This document shows positions 25,846-37,298 of a stretch of 42,822 bases of DNA, in pieces. Made by a program: the position numbers and the translations under genes. The stretch spans positions 1 through 42,822 of the forward strand of contig NIVC01000007.1 of the NCBI GenBank assembly GCA_002269645.1, given 5' to 3'. Positions within the stretch are counted from its first letter, which is position 1. Every line of letters starts with the position of its first letter. This DNA comes from Macrostomum lignano (taxonomy: Eukaryota). Below the pieces are notes generated by a model. The model did no database searches. It had not been told where the DNA came from and saw only the letters and a list, made by a program, of their open reading frames with translations.

Positions 25846-26870
25846 TTTTTGGTTGGTTCGAATCCAATATTTTCACTGCACTACTCGATGAAGAGCTTTG
25901 AGTGCATGATTCGACTCCAGTGAGCTTATAGCTGCTACTATATCCTACACCAAGGAGGACCAACAGAAGTTACTGTTCGGTACATGTCAACAATGAAAGT
26001 TTATTGACGAAGAGTGATAAATTCTGTCACAACTTGATTTACAACAAGGTTACGACAAGTTTGCTTGTTATATGCAAAAACCTAGTGAGCTGAAAAACCT
26101 GTGAGATAGTTTAAGTATACCGCCTGAGCCAATGAAGAATCCTAGCTAATGAGCTTTAAAAAATCAAATTCATGGCTTTCTCTTGCTTAACTTTATATTT
26201 GCAACGCACCCAATACTGAAGTAAATTCTATGCTAGTCAAAATGCATAAAAAGTAGGCATATTTCACTTTTTACGTGACTCGTATATTGCGTAGCGAGAG
26301 GTGTACAGTACATGTCACATATGTGCAGAATCGTCGATATTTAAATATTGTATAAGATAGTCTAGCTATTCTCTCGTGGTCTGCGCGTCTCTACTCCTGA
26401 GACATTCGAGCCCCAGCTACTCAAATACTTGAAAATTTGTTTAGAAATAGAAGGTCTACTGCACGTCTCAACACCTCTGGTGCTCTGCTCTGCGTCTTAA
26501 CGCCTCTGGACCCATGCAGGCTCTACTCTGTGCATCCCTACGCCAGAGGGAGCGATAAGTATTGTTAGCGCGTCCAAATGCCTGGCGTATTCTTTCTATC
26601 CAAAGCGCCAACGCCTGGTTCCTACATATCGTAACTTTACTTCATACGCTCATAGTACTGGGGTTGGGGACCCGATCCGTTACGACATATAAAACAGAAG
26701 GGATATGAAAGCGGATTTTACTAGGATTCTTTTCAGGACAAAAAAATCTATTTCGAGCATTGGACATAAAGTTAATTAGAACGCTCATTCGTATTGGGGA
26801 ATATCCGAGGACCACGAGCTTTGGCTAACGACGCTCAACTTTCAGAAACGCTGAAAACTCTTGGTTCCAA

Positions 26871-27383
26871 TCATTGAATCAGCCACTCGAATGTTTTCAT
26901 TGAGTAGTATGTATTGTATTCAGTGCCCGTGTATGGGAGATAGTAGTATACTATATTCCTATGCCTTCAGCCGTAGCGGGCGGCAGCTGATGCATTCCAT
27001 TTGGATTAAAGGCATTTCAATGACCGAACAACCAACCAGTAGCCCGTATCTGAGCGCAACTGCCGCTACTCAAATCATCATGATCAGATTCGGATGTGCT
27101 GAACTGCTGGTTGTTCGCTGATAAGAGTACTTCTGCGCGTTATCCCACACTCGACCTGCTCAAGTCCAGCGGTCCCATCGAGCAGATGAGCCTACAGAGA
27201 ACGGAGCATTCTCAGCCCAGTACCAGGTGTCGTTCCAGTTGCTGAACTCGCAACGGACTCTCCACACTCCAGTGGCGGTGAGCTGGTGGAGCTGCTCCAG
27301 TCCCATCCAGTAGTTGAGACTCTCGCCCTGACCGAATCCGCTCGAGTACTCCGACCAGTTCCGGTTGAAGCTGACGGAGCCGT
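26871..27383 (-). pseudogene. Inverted, decayed paralog of the FReD exon
   Basis: Colinear at DNA level with 25395-25920. It is 5'-truncated, has a net 16-nt deletion near 27195 (frameshift), CAT TGC AAC changed to CAT TGA AAT, and further stops. Confidence 0.9.
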
Positions 27384-30169
27384 GTAGCTATTGGGCTATT
27401 GACTGTAGCGGGTAACATTATTCTGTGCTTGTATAGGACTTAATGTACCGAATTTACTTAACTAATTAAATCATAATGACATATAAATCACATGCGAATC
27501 GATAATGCGCAGACCGGTACAGGTGACAGTCGGTAGGCTGATTCACAAATCAAAGGGAGCCCCGGCTGGAACTCTCACTAGAATTTCTACTAAAAGCAAT
27601 CAGTGAAAGCCTTGCGAGTGAGCCAAATAAGACAGACAATGCAACCCTTTCAAAGGATGATTGCGCTAAACAAAATGCAAAGCAGCAAAAAAAGCGTCGC
27701 TGATGGATGATTTTCGTAAAGAAGCTGTAAAAAGGCTTTGCCGTGAAGCATAACAGCCCGAATCCAGTGTCACTTCGATCGGCATTGTCAGAGAAAACTT
27801 TGCAATTGACAATGGCGCCATGCGTAAAAGCGTCATGCATCCGTGACAATTCACCCAGAACATGTTTACTGTTGTCTCTGAAAGCTGAAAGGCGAGAAGA
27901 CAAAAGCAACAAATTCAAAGCAGTTTCTGCTCACTAAATAAACGCCTCAGCTGTCAAGTCAGTCAATAGAAATCAGAAAACTCAGTCTCAGTTCATGCTG
28001 CATTGAAAGCCTGTCGATGTGCTGTATAAATACATGTCATGGGTTTCGGCCTTTTCGGCTCCTTTGTGGAAGCCTTCGGGCCTCAGGTCTCAGAAATGAA
28101 TCCATTAGAATCCTGGCCTCCCACTCCTGTCAGATGGTCAGCCCCATGGTAGCTTGATCTGTGGCGAGCAGTCAAGGTCCTATAGCTAAGGGAGGGACAG
28201 CGAGAGACAAGCAGGGAGAATTTTGAAGGTAGAGATTAGCCAATCCGCAGATTAGCTAACCCGCTGCCACCAGCCCGTGCGTTCTGGCTCACCAAACCCT
28301 GAACTTTCGAAATCGGGCTTCCGACTAGAAGGGGCTTTGCACTTACCTGCCAACTAGTGTCTTTTTGCTGTCAATCTCGAAGTCATAGCCGATGATTAGG
28401 GACACCGCTGGGACTCGATCGCATTGGCCATGCAGGTACAGAGGGGACTTGTGCAGGGGATTCTTGCAGTGGCGAGACTATGGGGTAGTTACATGTACTA
28501 TTACATTGCTAACTACGAGGAATTGTACTTTTGGCCTTCAACGCGCCAACTAGCCTCTCATAGCCCTGATGATAGGCTAACTCGAACTTCAGAGACCGCA
28601 TGATTCATCACCCGAGCCGCTTGGCGAACCTAGAGTGCACAGAGTACATCTCTAGCGCCGATTTTGCACTATTGGCAATTTTGCTCACTGATTTGATAGA
28701 TTGATCGACTGAGAACCGCCTTGTCAGTGGTCCACTGTGACCGGCGCCTACTAGCTTAGGTACTCATCTGAGTCATCGGCGAACAAAGAAATAAAACCGA
28801 TAAAAATAACTGTCAGATTTAACCTTCTCCTTAAATCACTTCACACTTCAGATTGAATTGGAATCTCAGACTACTAACAGTATTATTGAATGATTTCTGC
28901 CTCGATAACAGCACTACTGAACAAAATGAGCAAAAGTGTGCGCCTAATCCAGCTACTGAAACAGGGGACAGACAGGGAATCACCCAATCAAGCAAGTCTA
29001 GGTAGCCTCTCACCCAACCAATCAGAAACTCAACAGCCGGAGACCAGGTAAACCACAGTGACCGAATCGGCTTAGTGCTTCGCAGCTGTAGGCCCGGGAT
29101 GATGCTGATGTCACATAGCTAGCGGGTGATGTTCTTAATCTTGATGTTCGCTGCTGACGACCGGGGGGATTTGTCCTTGATGATGATGGGGGAGTCGCGA
29201 TCTGAAGATTAAGAGACGACGGTCGAGCTCCGGGAGGTCTAAGTTAGGCCAAGGTCCCAGGAGGAGGAGCAGGATGTTGGGTCCGAGCAGGCCAAAAACA
29301 CTGGTTTAAATAGCCGCCAACTGGACCGCAATTTGTTATAATGGAACACCTCGACGCTGATTGGCTGAGCCGATTTGTTAAAACGCACGTCGAATTTTCT
29401 GATTGGCTGAGCTTGTTGCCACCCAAACTCACGTGACCAGAGGATACTATCAGTTCCGTCGGGGCCATAAAAATACGACAGGTGCGGTCATAAATCACTC
29501 AAAATCGCTACATAATGATTTATGACCTTTCGCGTAGGATTGACAAAAATTAATGAAAAATATACATTAGAAAGCTTTTATTAAGTAGAAAGTGAAGATA
29601 ATGAAGTGAAATCGCTAATTGCAAATCCCAAAGTACTTTTTGGGGTAAAACGAATAGCTGTCAAAGCTGTCACACGCTTGAGTAAACACAACAATAGGCC
29701 CTGACCTCATAAATCTTGATGGCCTGTCAAAATGATGAGAAAAAGCTACCGCCCGCATCCTCTCAGACCATCTGGCACCAGTCTCAGTATTGAGTGAGGC
29801 GCAGGTGGCTGTCAGACCAGCTCGAAAGCAATGATTTATGACACAAAAGCCGCACCTATGTTATTATAACTACAAGTATGGCAAAATCATATAGCTAGTA
29901 TGAATTCTAGGAAAATGACATAAAGAGAAGAAAAGATGCCCCTAGCTTGTTGTTAGTAGGCTAGTAAGTTTGGAGCCCATGTGCGAGCGTGAAGTTTGGA
30001 AAAAAGTGCATCCTCATCACATGTACAAAATATTCAGCAGGAAGCTGCGCTCTGAAAAACTTTGAGTTGAGAAACCATACTCATACAGGCTGCGGTGACT
30101 GGCAGGTCCGCATTTTTCAGTAAGACAGCTTACTGGAATTATTCGAAAAACTCGCTGCGATCCGAGCAG

Positions 30170-30711
30170 ATGATGGTTCCGTCAGCGCGACTTCTGCTGT
30201 ACGTGGCTACCTGCTGTTTTTTGTCACTGCCGACCGTCTCTGCCGGATGCCGATCGAAGTGGAAGCAGCTCCGAGGCGACATCATCGAGTACAAGCTGAT
30301 CACTGTGCTCAAGGTTCCAAATATTATCGACTGTTTGATGATATCGTCAGCATCCGAGGCTCACGCGGCCTCCTTCGACGCCGAGACGGGTGACTGCGCC
30401 CTGCTGCAGTGCGACCGGGGCGGCAGGGACGCCTGCAGGAAGTGTCGACACGAGAAGGACGCGAGTCTGCCGATGCTCTGGGTGGGTGACCCGTTTTGTT
30501 TCATGCTGCTTCCATTTAGCATGATAGCTGATAGTTTTTGAGCCAAGCAGTGGATTTTATTTGACGTCGCTGTTTTGTACTTCAGATCCAGGATCCCCCA
30601 GCGACCTCCAGCATAGAGTCGACGGCTCCATTATCTCCATATGGAAGCGCAGGCCAGCGTGATGGAGACCAGCACGGCGACCGTGCAACGGCTGCAGAAG
30701 CGTACTGGTAA
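30170..30711 (+). CDS. Paralog of the 24854 gene: intact signal peptide + PAN-like exon (30170-30481); second exon (from 30586) keeps only an out-of-frame FReD remnant
   Basis: Shared pattern R.DI.EYK.I...C...EA.AA.FD..G.C.LL.C.RG...CRKCR...SLP.LW and the same phase-0 intron after Trp. CTCCAGCATAGAGTCGACGGCTCCAT (QHRVDGSI) at about 30607-30633 lies in a different frame. Confidence 0.7.
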
Positions 30712-31209
30712 GTCCAGCCTGCCAGAGCAGCCGCACAGGTCAGCCACGCAGACAGCCGATCACACAACAAACAGCTAAAGCGCATCCACTGCGATAACTT
30801 CGGCCACCGCAGCTGCAGCGCAGCGGTAGGCAAGACCTGCAATCGAAGCACCTCGCTAAGGACTGTCGAGCACGCTGGCGGACGCGCCTTATATAGATCT
30901 CTCCTTCTAGATTCTAGAAATCCAAATAAGCAAGTCTGCGTATCGTTTAGGATGCACTCGTGCTTATAAAGCTATACTGCACGAGCCATTTGCATCGAAT
31001 TCTACAGGAGACCCAACGCCAAGAGGCTTCCTCAGTTCTCAGCCATGACTTAAGGCTTCAACAGCACTGCTAATTTTCCGCAGTCAAATGGCAACTTTTG
31101 ATGGAGTTTTCAAGTTGAGAGACCACCAAGTCAAGCTGATCACCAACTGCCTATTGATAATGCACAGTCGGTTATGAAATGGCTCACTAGATCAGTGTGG
31201 ATACTTTTC

Positions 31210-31830
31210 AATGTTCGTGAGTGTATTTTGCGCCCGAGCGCCCGAGCGTCTGTCTGTTGGATATCAATTTCGTCATTTGCAGTGTAAGTGAGCTGAAGTT
31301 AATCGCTGTACCAATGCTCTTGTTTGACTGTATGTATGTATGTCTGAGTGCGTATACTCAGCAACAGCTGCCCCAGTATCGTGTGTGGGAACCAACAGCA
31401 TGCAAAAAGTGCCATCGCTCGTAGTAGCATCCTGATCACCAGCCGGTTGGTGAACTCTTGGAACAGCTGCTGCAATGCATTCAGAGCCCTTTGTCGCAAC
31501 AGTGAACTCTTTGCTTTATAAAGTCTTAGAGATGCTCGATGGAGTTCCGTGTCTGATGTGAAAGCGTTGAGTGGGGGGGGGTTTAGCTGTTGCTGAGTTT
31601 AGAATCTGCACACTCGATATTGACGTCCAATTTCAGCAGTGTGTCAGAGGTCAGAGCTTCCTGAAACCTGCAAGTTCAACTTGTGTTTCGAGTGCAAAAG
31701 CTTAGTACACATTGGTTTCTCCTTCGGATTCCAGATAATCTGCTTTTTAAAGACACGAGAAGTACAGCCAAGCTATTCTAGTTCGGTACTACTACTACAA
31801 GTACTAGAGCGGTGCTACGAGTATTTATAG
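31210..31830 (-). pseudogene. Possible decayed class A GPCR fragment (TM5-ICL3-TM6-TM7)
   Basis: RLVIRMLLRAMALFACCWFPHTILGQLL carries the TM6 CWxP motif. An upstream hydrophobic stretch ALVLVVVVPN*NSLAVLLVSL...IRRR and a downstream out-of-frame GTAINF are weaker matches. Confidence 0.45.
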
Positions 31831-31952
31831 GCCCTGCGTCTAATGATGCTCAGACGATGAAATGCAGATTACTTCATGATTACCTTCAGATTACTTTTTG
31901 TTCTTAGTAGACTACCGAATAGACCTGTATTTCGCTCCAATCTATACCTTTA

Positions 31953-32408
31953 ATCTATTCTCAGTATCACCTGTGACCTACTCTCATTATCACCTGTGAT
32001 CTATTCTCAGTATTTCTTGTGATCTATTCTCAGTATCACCTGTGACCTACTCTCATTATCACCTGTGATCTATTCTCAGTATTTCTTGTGATCTATTCTC
32101 AGTATCACCTATGATCTATTCTCAGTATCACCTGTGACCTATTCTCAGTATCACCTGTGATCTATTCTCAGTATCACCTGTGACCTATTCTCAGTATCAC
32201 CTGTCCTCTATTCTCAGTATCACCTGTGACCTATTCTCAGTATCACCTGTCCTCTATTCTCAGTATCACCTGTGATCTATTCTCAGTATCTTCTGTGATC
32301 TATTCTCAGTATCACCTGTGATCTATTCTCAGTATCTTCTGTGATCTATTCTCAGTATCACCTGTGATCTATTTTCAGTATCACCTGTGATCTATTCTCA
32401 GTATCACC
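31953..32408. repeat. 23-bp minisatellite (ctattctcagtatcacctgtgat), about 20 copies
   Basis: Direct reading. Variant units alternate in a higher-order pattern in the first third. Confidence 0.97.
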
Positions 32409-33040
32409 TAAAACTCACTCTCAGAATAAAGTGCTTGCTAGCAATTGAAAAAATAGATTGAGCAGGACGTAAAAATAACTGGTGACCAGACACAAATTTA
32501 TAAACAATATTTGTAAAGCGAGATCCGTTTACTTTCCACGTGAACAAAACGTAGAAGACTGAAAGTTTCATTTATGAAAAACCTTACAAACAAAACTGTT
32601 TTGAATGAATTCCTTCCGTATGAATCTGTATCAGTTTCCATCAATCAATTATTTAAAAGTAGTCATCACAAATTCAGGTGAACTCTGGATAGCCAGATTC
32701 GAATCCGTAATGGCCAAATCCGCAACTCTGTATGTCTGAAATGAAAGTGAAGGAATGCAAAAATGCCGCTTATAGTTCAGTAAACTGCATAGCAATTAAC
32801 AAGCATGGGTTCATAGTTCTAGTCCGCCCAATCAGAAAGTTAGTATGCGATTCATTAGCGGTTGCACGTTTTACCACTTTGCATGTCAAATTAGAACATC
32901 AATTTTCCATAATTTTGATTACCCACTTACTCTACTAGTGCCACGTGTTGACAGACTTGAAAATGAGAACAGTTGACAGTAAGTACCCCCAAGTACATAC
33001 AACGGAAGTTACTTTCTAATAAAAGCTTGCAAGACATCTA

Positions 33041-33268
33041 GGGGTTGTAGCCTGGTGGTTAGAGCGTCGGGCTCACGACTTGAAGGTCGGGGGTTCGATT
33101 CCCGATCCAACTGGGACAATTTGTGTCCTTGAGCAAGGCACCTAGCCTAACTCTGCACTGCTTCAGTTCACCCAGCTGCAAAATGGGTGCCAGCATTAGC
33201 TGGGGTAATTGAGGGTGTGTGTGGCGACCCCCAGTCCTTGGACTGAACAGCCGTACGCAGCCTTCAGA
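33041..33268 (+). mobile_element. CORE-type SINE family B, copy 3 (3'-truncated)
   Basis: Aligns with 19418-19645. Confidence 0.88.
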
Positions 33269-33287
33269 CAGATGCATCTGCAAGAGC

Positions 33288-33446
33288 TTGAACTTGTCTT
33301 GTCTCACTTGTCTCACTGCGCGAGTGAGACAAGTGAAACAAGTGAAACAAGTGAAACAAGTGAAGACAAGTGAAGACAAGTGAAGACAAGTGAAGACAAG
33401 TGAAACAAGTGAGACAAGTGAAACAAGAGCTTGTCTCACTGCGCGA
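33288..33446. repeat. 9-10 bp (acaagtgaa/gacaagtgaa) array with an inverted segment
   Basis: gtctcacttgtctcac-tgcgcga-gtgagacaagtgaaac forms a hairpin, followed by tandem units. Confidence 0.85.
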
Positions 33447-33566
33447 TACAAGCTTGGGAATGCTACAGCTCATCCTTGAGTAAATGCCTAGTCGGAGTTC
33501 CCATATAATTTCAATTAAGTGATCGAATAGCTAATGAATCGAAAGCCAAATCAACTACGATTCAAA

Positions 33567-34955
33567 TCATACCGAATCAGTGTCCTCATCTCGACGATTA
33601 ACCGAGCGGTGCCTTCGACTGATGGTTTCATCTTGCAGTTCAGGGTCTTTCGGTTGCTGCTGCAATTTAAATCGATTTGACATTTAATAGAGTATTCTAT
33701 TAGATTGCTACAAACATATTAAGATAAAGTGCACTGGATACCTGTAAACGGGATCTTCGAATGAAAATATACGTCAGTGAAGCAGCCAAAGCTATCAGAA
33801 ATAGCGGTACGAGAACGCCCAATACAATGTAGAGAATGGTTGATTTGGGTGTGTCTGAAATGTACAGGTAAGTTTTGTCATAAAATTTGATCAGTTCGTT
33901 TGCAGTTGGATTTAATTTTTTTAAAGCACGGTAAATGCACAACGAAAATAAGGTACCGTAAATGATTGGAGGATTTTTGGTCGACGTAGTTCTTGCAACG
34001 GCTGATGCTGAAGCTACTGCAGTGGTCGAAATTTCACTAGTCGATGTAGAAGTTGAAGTGGTCGATGTAGAAGTTGAAGTGGTCGATGTAGACGTTGGAG
34101 TTGTCGATGTAGAAGTTGAAGTGGTCGATGTAGACGTTGGAGTTGTCGATGTGGAAGTTGAAGTGGTCGATGTAGAAGTTGGAGTTGTCGATGTGGAAGT
34201 TGAAGTGGTTGACGTAGAAGGTTTTATAGTCGATGTGGATTCTTTTGTGGTTGACGTGGATGGTTCTGTGGTTGACGTGGAAGGTTCTGTGGTTGACGTG
34301 GATGGTTCTGTGGTTGACGTGGAAGGTTCTGTGGTTGACGTAGACGGTTCTGTGGTTGACGTGGAAGGTTCTGTGGTTGACGTGGAAGGTTCTGTGGTTG
34401 ACGTGGAAGGTTCTGTGGTTGACGTGGAAGGTTCTGTGGTTGACGTGGAAGGTTCTGTGGTTGACGGTTCTGTGTTTGACGTGGAAGGTTCTGTGGTTGA
34501 CGGTTCGGTGGTTGACAAAGAAGGTTCTGTGGTTGACGTGAAAGGTTCTGTAGTTGACGTGGAAGGTTCTGTGGTTGACGTGGAAGGTTCTGTGATTGAC
34601 GTGGAAGGTTCTGTGGTTGACGTGGAAGGTTCTGTGGTTGACGTGGAAGGTTCTGTGGTCGATTTGGAAGCTTCTGTGGGCGATTTTAAAGCTTCTGTGG
34701 TGTCTTCTGAAGCAGAGGCTGATGATGTTGCACTAGTGAACCCATCAGTTTCGTCTCTGATTGTTGAATCTTCTATCAACAGGGTTGTTGACGCTGAAAT
34801 CGGAGAGGGATACGCGTGAATCGGCAGTTGGATTTGTAGGAAATGATAGCAACAATAAGCTTACAGGAATCCTGCGCGTTGCAAATTGACAACATAGCCA
34901 AAATCACTAAAGCCAAAACCATCCAGCGACTTTGAAGCACAGTGAATTGAGCCAT
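33567..34955 (-). CDS. Type I membrane mucin-like protein, about 377 aa; exons 34955-34865, 34793-33957, 33854-33742, 33659-33567
   Basis: Signal peptide MAQFTVLQSRWMVLALVILAMLSICNA, PSTSTTE (21-nt) and TSTST repeats, TM ILYIVLGVLVPLFLIALAASLTYIFI, then RRSR stop-transfer and a tail ending DTDSV. Junction phases 1, 1, 0 are compatible. Confidence 0.88.
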
Positions 34956-35825
34956 GCGATTGTTGAAAGCTTTGAAACGCGTAAAAACTCGGTAAATGTA
35001 ATAACCTTGTCGACTAAAAAAACTTGTGTAACCCTGGATCGGAAGGGTTATATCTTTAAAGATAAAATTAGCTTCCCTGATGTAAAAAAGTTATCATCGC
35101 TGTAAAAATTAAACTACATTGCATGCAACCACTGAGCGTGCAATATCTGCGTTGTTTTTACACGGGTCGAGTACGTTTTCACCCTTGTACTCCAGAGCAC
35201 AATTGTCTAACAAACTATTTCCAATGTGCAAGATAGACGGTTGCAGCAGTGTAGAGAACAATAGCTGGGCTATTTGGTTGGCTACTCGTTTTAGGCTCAC
35301 GAATGTTGATGGGTAGAGCGTACAGTTACAGCAATAGGCAAGCTAGTTAAACGTTCATGCGGAAAAACATTTATCAAATACAAAAGACAGGCAAAAGAAT
35401 GAGATTGCGTTTAACAAATAGAGGCAGGCAAAACTGCGACCCCCCAAGACGAACCAAACCGGGACAGGAAAATGCCCATCAGAATCCCCGGTCTGTAGTA
35501 ATTAAGATTGAGGAAAAATTCAGGAAACGGGTGGATATAGCCAAGGATTTTCCTAAGCAGCCATTATCAATCTTGGCAGAAGTCACGCCACAGAATTTAC
35601 TAGGAAGGAAGGCTGAGTGGGAGCGCGAGTCAAGGTCTGGATGAATGCGATAAGGCGAATCCTCTCGGGGGGGGGGGTGAAGCCGTTACTCCCGAGAGCA
35701 GCATCTCCAAATCACTTCCCAAAGAAACTGATTCGGCAATGCCCTATATATAAACTCTGCTGCAGCAGAAATTTGAAATGAAATGAGAAACAGGTCAGAT
35801 TTGCATTCATACAAACCCGCAAGTC

Positions 35826-37196
35826 ATGTCCGACACCGACCAGCTTATCGACCAGCTTGGAAAGCAGATCGAATCCGATAGAAAATCTGGCAAAGGTACG
35901 CAAAATCATGCCTGGCAGCTAGTTTGTTGCTACCTGGTCAATTTGTGGCGCAAATACGGCTGCAAGTTGGTCATTGCTGTCGCAGCCTGTTTGATTCTCA
36001 GCTGGACACTGCAGTGCGAGTGCGTCAAGTACTTTGCTTTAAGCCACGCTCGAATCCTGCTTGTGCAAGCGGTGCTGCCTTGGTTCGACTGGCGCAATCT
36101 GATGACGGATTTCTGTCTGCTGCGCAACCCGATCTACTTGCCGCCCTACCTGCTGCAGCCGCGCGATTGCGACCTGTGCGAAGCCACCAGCAGTGCCGCC
36201 CATCGGACTGCCGGACAGCTCACACCGGACACTTTTCTAGCCGACTTTCTGGACAAGGCTCAGCCAGTGATTGTGACCGGCAATGCAACCATGGTTGAGT
36301 GGCCCGTGACGCGGCTGCAGCTGGACGAGCTGCGCGAGTTCTACGCAAGTCTGGTTGACGAAAACTCGCCAGAGGAAGCCTGCGACCTTCGGCACAATCT
36401 GCCGAGCGGCCTACGAACCCAGGAGCACCTGCTTGAGGCTGTACTGCAGAGAGACTGGACCAACTGGTTGGCTACCTGGAGACACTGCGACCTGCGCGAG
36501 ATCAAAGCGTTTAGACAGTTCTATGCGAGACCGAGCTTCTTACCGCTGTCCGTGTCCACGATCGGCTCCTCCTATGTCATGCTGTGGCGCTCGTATGCTG
36601 GCAACAAAACCAGGCGCATTACTGCACCCCCGGAGCCGAATCTGCTGATTGTGGCCCAGGTGATCGGTCCAAAGGAATTAGATTTTAATCACGGATTACA
36701 TGATGATACATTTGAATGGCTTTCTTACAAAATTCCGATTATTTGAGGTTTTTAGTCAAGGTTTCAGATCGAACTAGCAGCAAGCATACTTGCGATGAGT
36801 TCGTACTTTTCCGGTCGCGTTACCGCCCGTCACATGCACTTTCCTGGAAACGTCCCATGTTGAAATTTTGATTCAACAGTTAAATGAAATTATTAGTCGA
36901 CGGAATTTCTAGGTTAGATAGTTCAATTATTTAGAAAAACTTGCAACAATAAAAGCTGTTAATACTTTGAAGTAAAGACAAAAACTGACCACGAACACTT
37001 GCAGGTGAAAGGCACATCACGGATCCGTCTAACGCCTAAAAGTCCGTGCGCGCACGATTGTCCAGTTGTTGAGGCCCGACTTAGTCAAGGAGAAATCATG
37101 GCCATTGGTAACCGGTTTTACACCGCCGACTGGGCCCCGGCGTCCAAGGGGTTCGGCTTTAGTTTCGCGTTCGAGGGCGACACAGAAAGCTTCTAA
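35826..37196 (+). CDS. C6orf89-like (membrane-anchored cupin/JmjC-like) protein, 341 aa; exons 35826-36659 and 37005-37196
   Basis: N-terminal TM, DCxxC, F...QPVIV, W..C..R.FY.RP.FLP, then AQ|VKG.....L.P...C...C..V.....GEI matches the C6orf89 family pattern as recalled. Junction CAG|gtgatc...ttgcag|GTG is phase 0. Confidence 0.7.
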
Positions 37197-37298
37197 TCTG
37201 AAAAGTGGAACTCCACTAGTACTAAACTCGTTATTGATTAGTAGCTAATTTTAGCGTCAAGGGCTACGACAAGTGTTGAAGAGATCTACTAGAGCAGC

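Noticed and set aside
27550-27960. Decayed transposase-like coding remnant (MDDFRKEAVKRL...)
   Set aside because: Multiple stops, no catalytic motif and no TIRs visible; the resemblance is too weak to call.
28000-29500. LTR/retroelement remnant
   Set aside because: GC-elevated, but no paired LTRs, PBS/PPT or gag/pol motifs could be found.
33962-34819. 285-aa Val/Asp-rich plus-strand ORF
   Set aside because: Antisense shadow of the Ser/Thr mucin repeats. The minus strand has the signal peptide, splice sites and TM.
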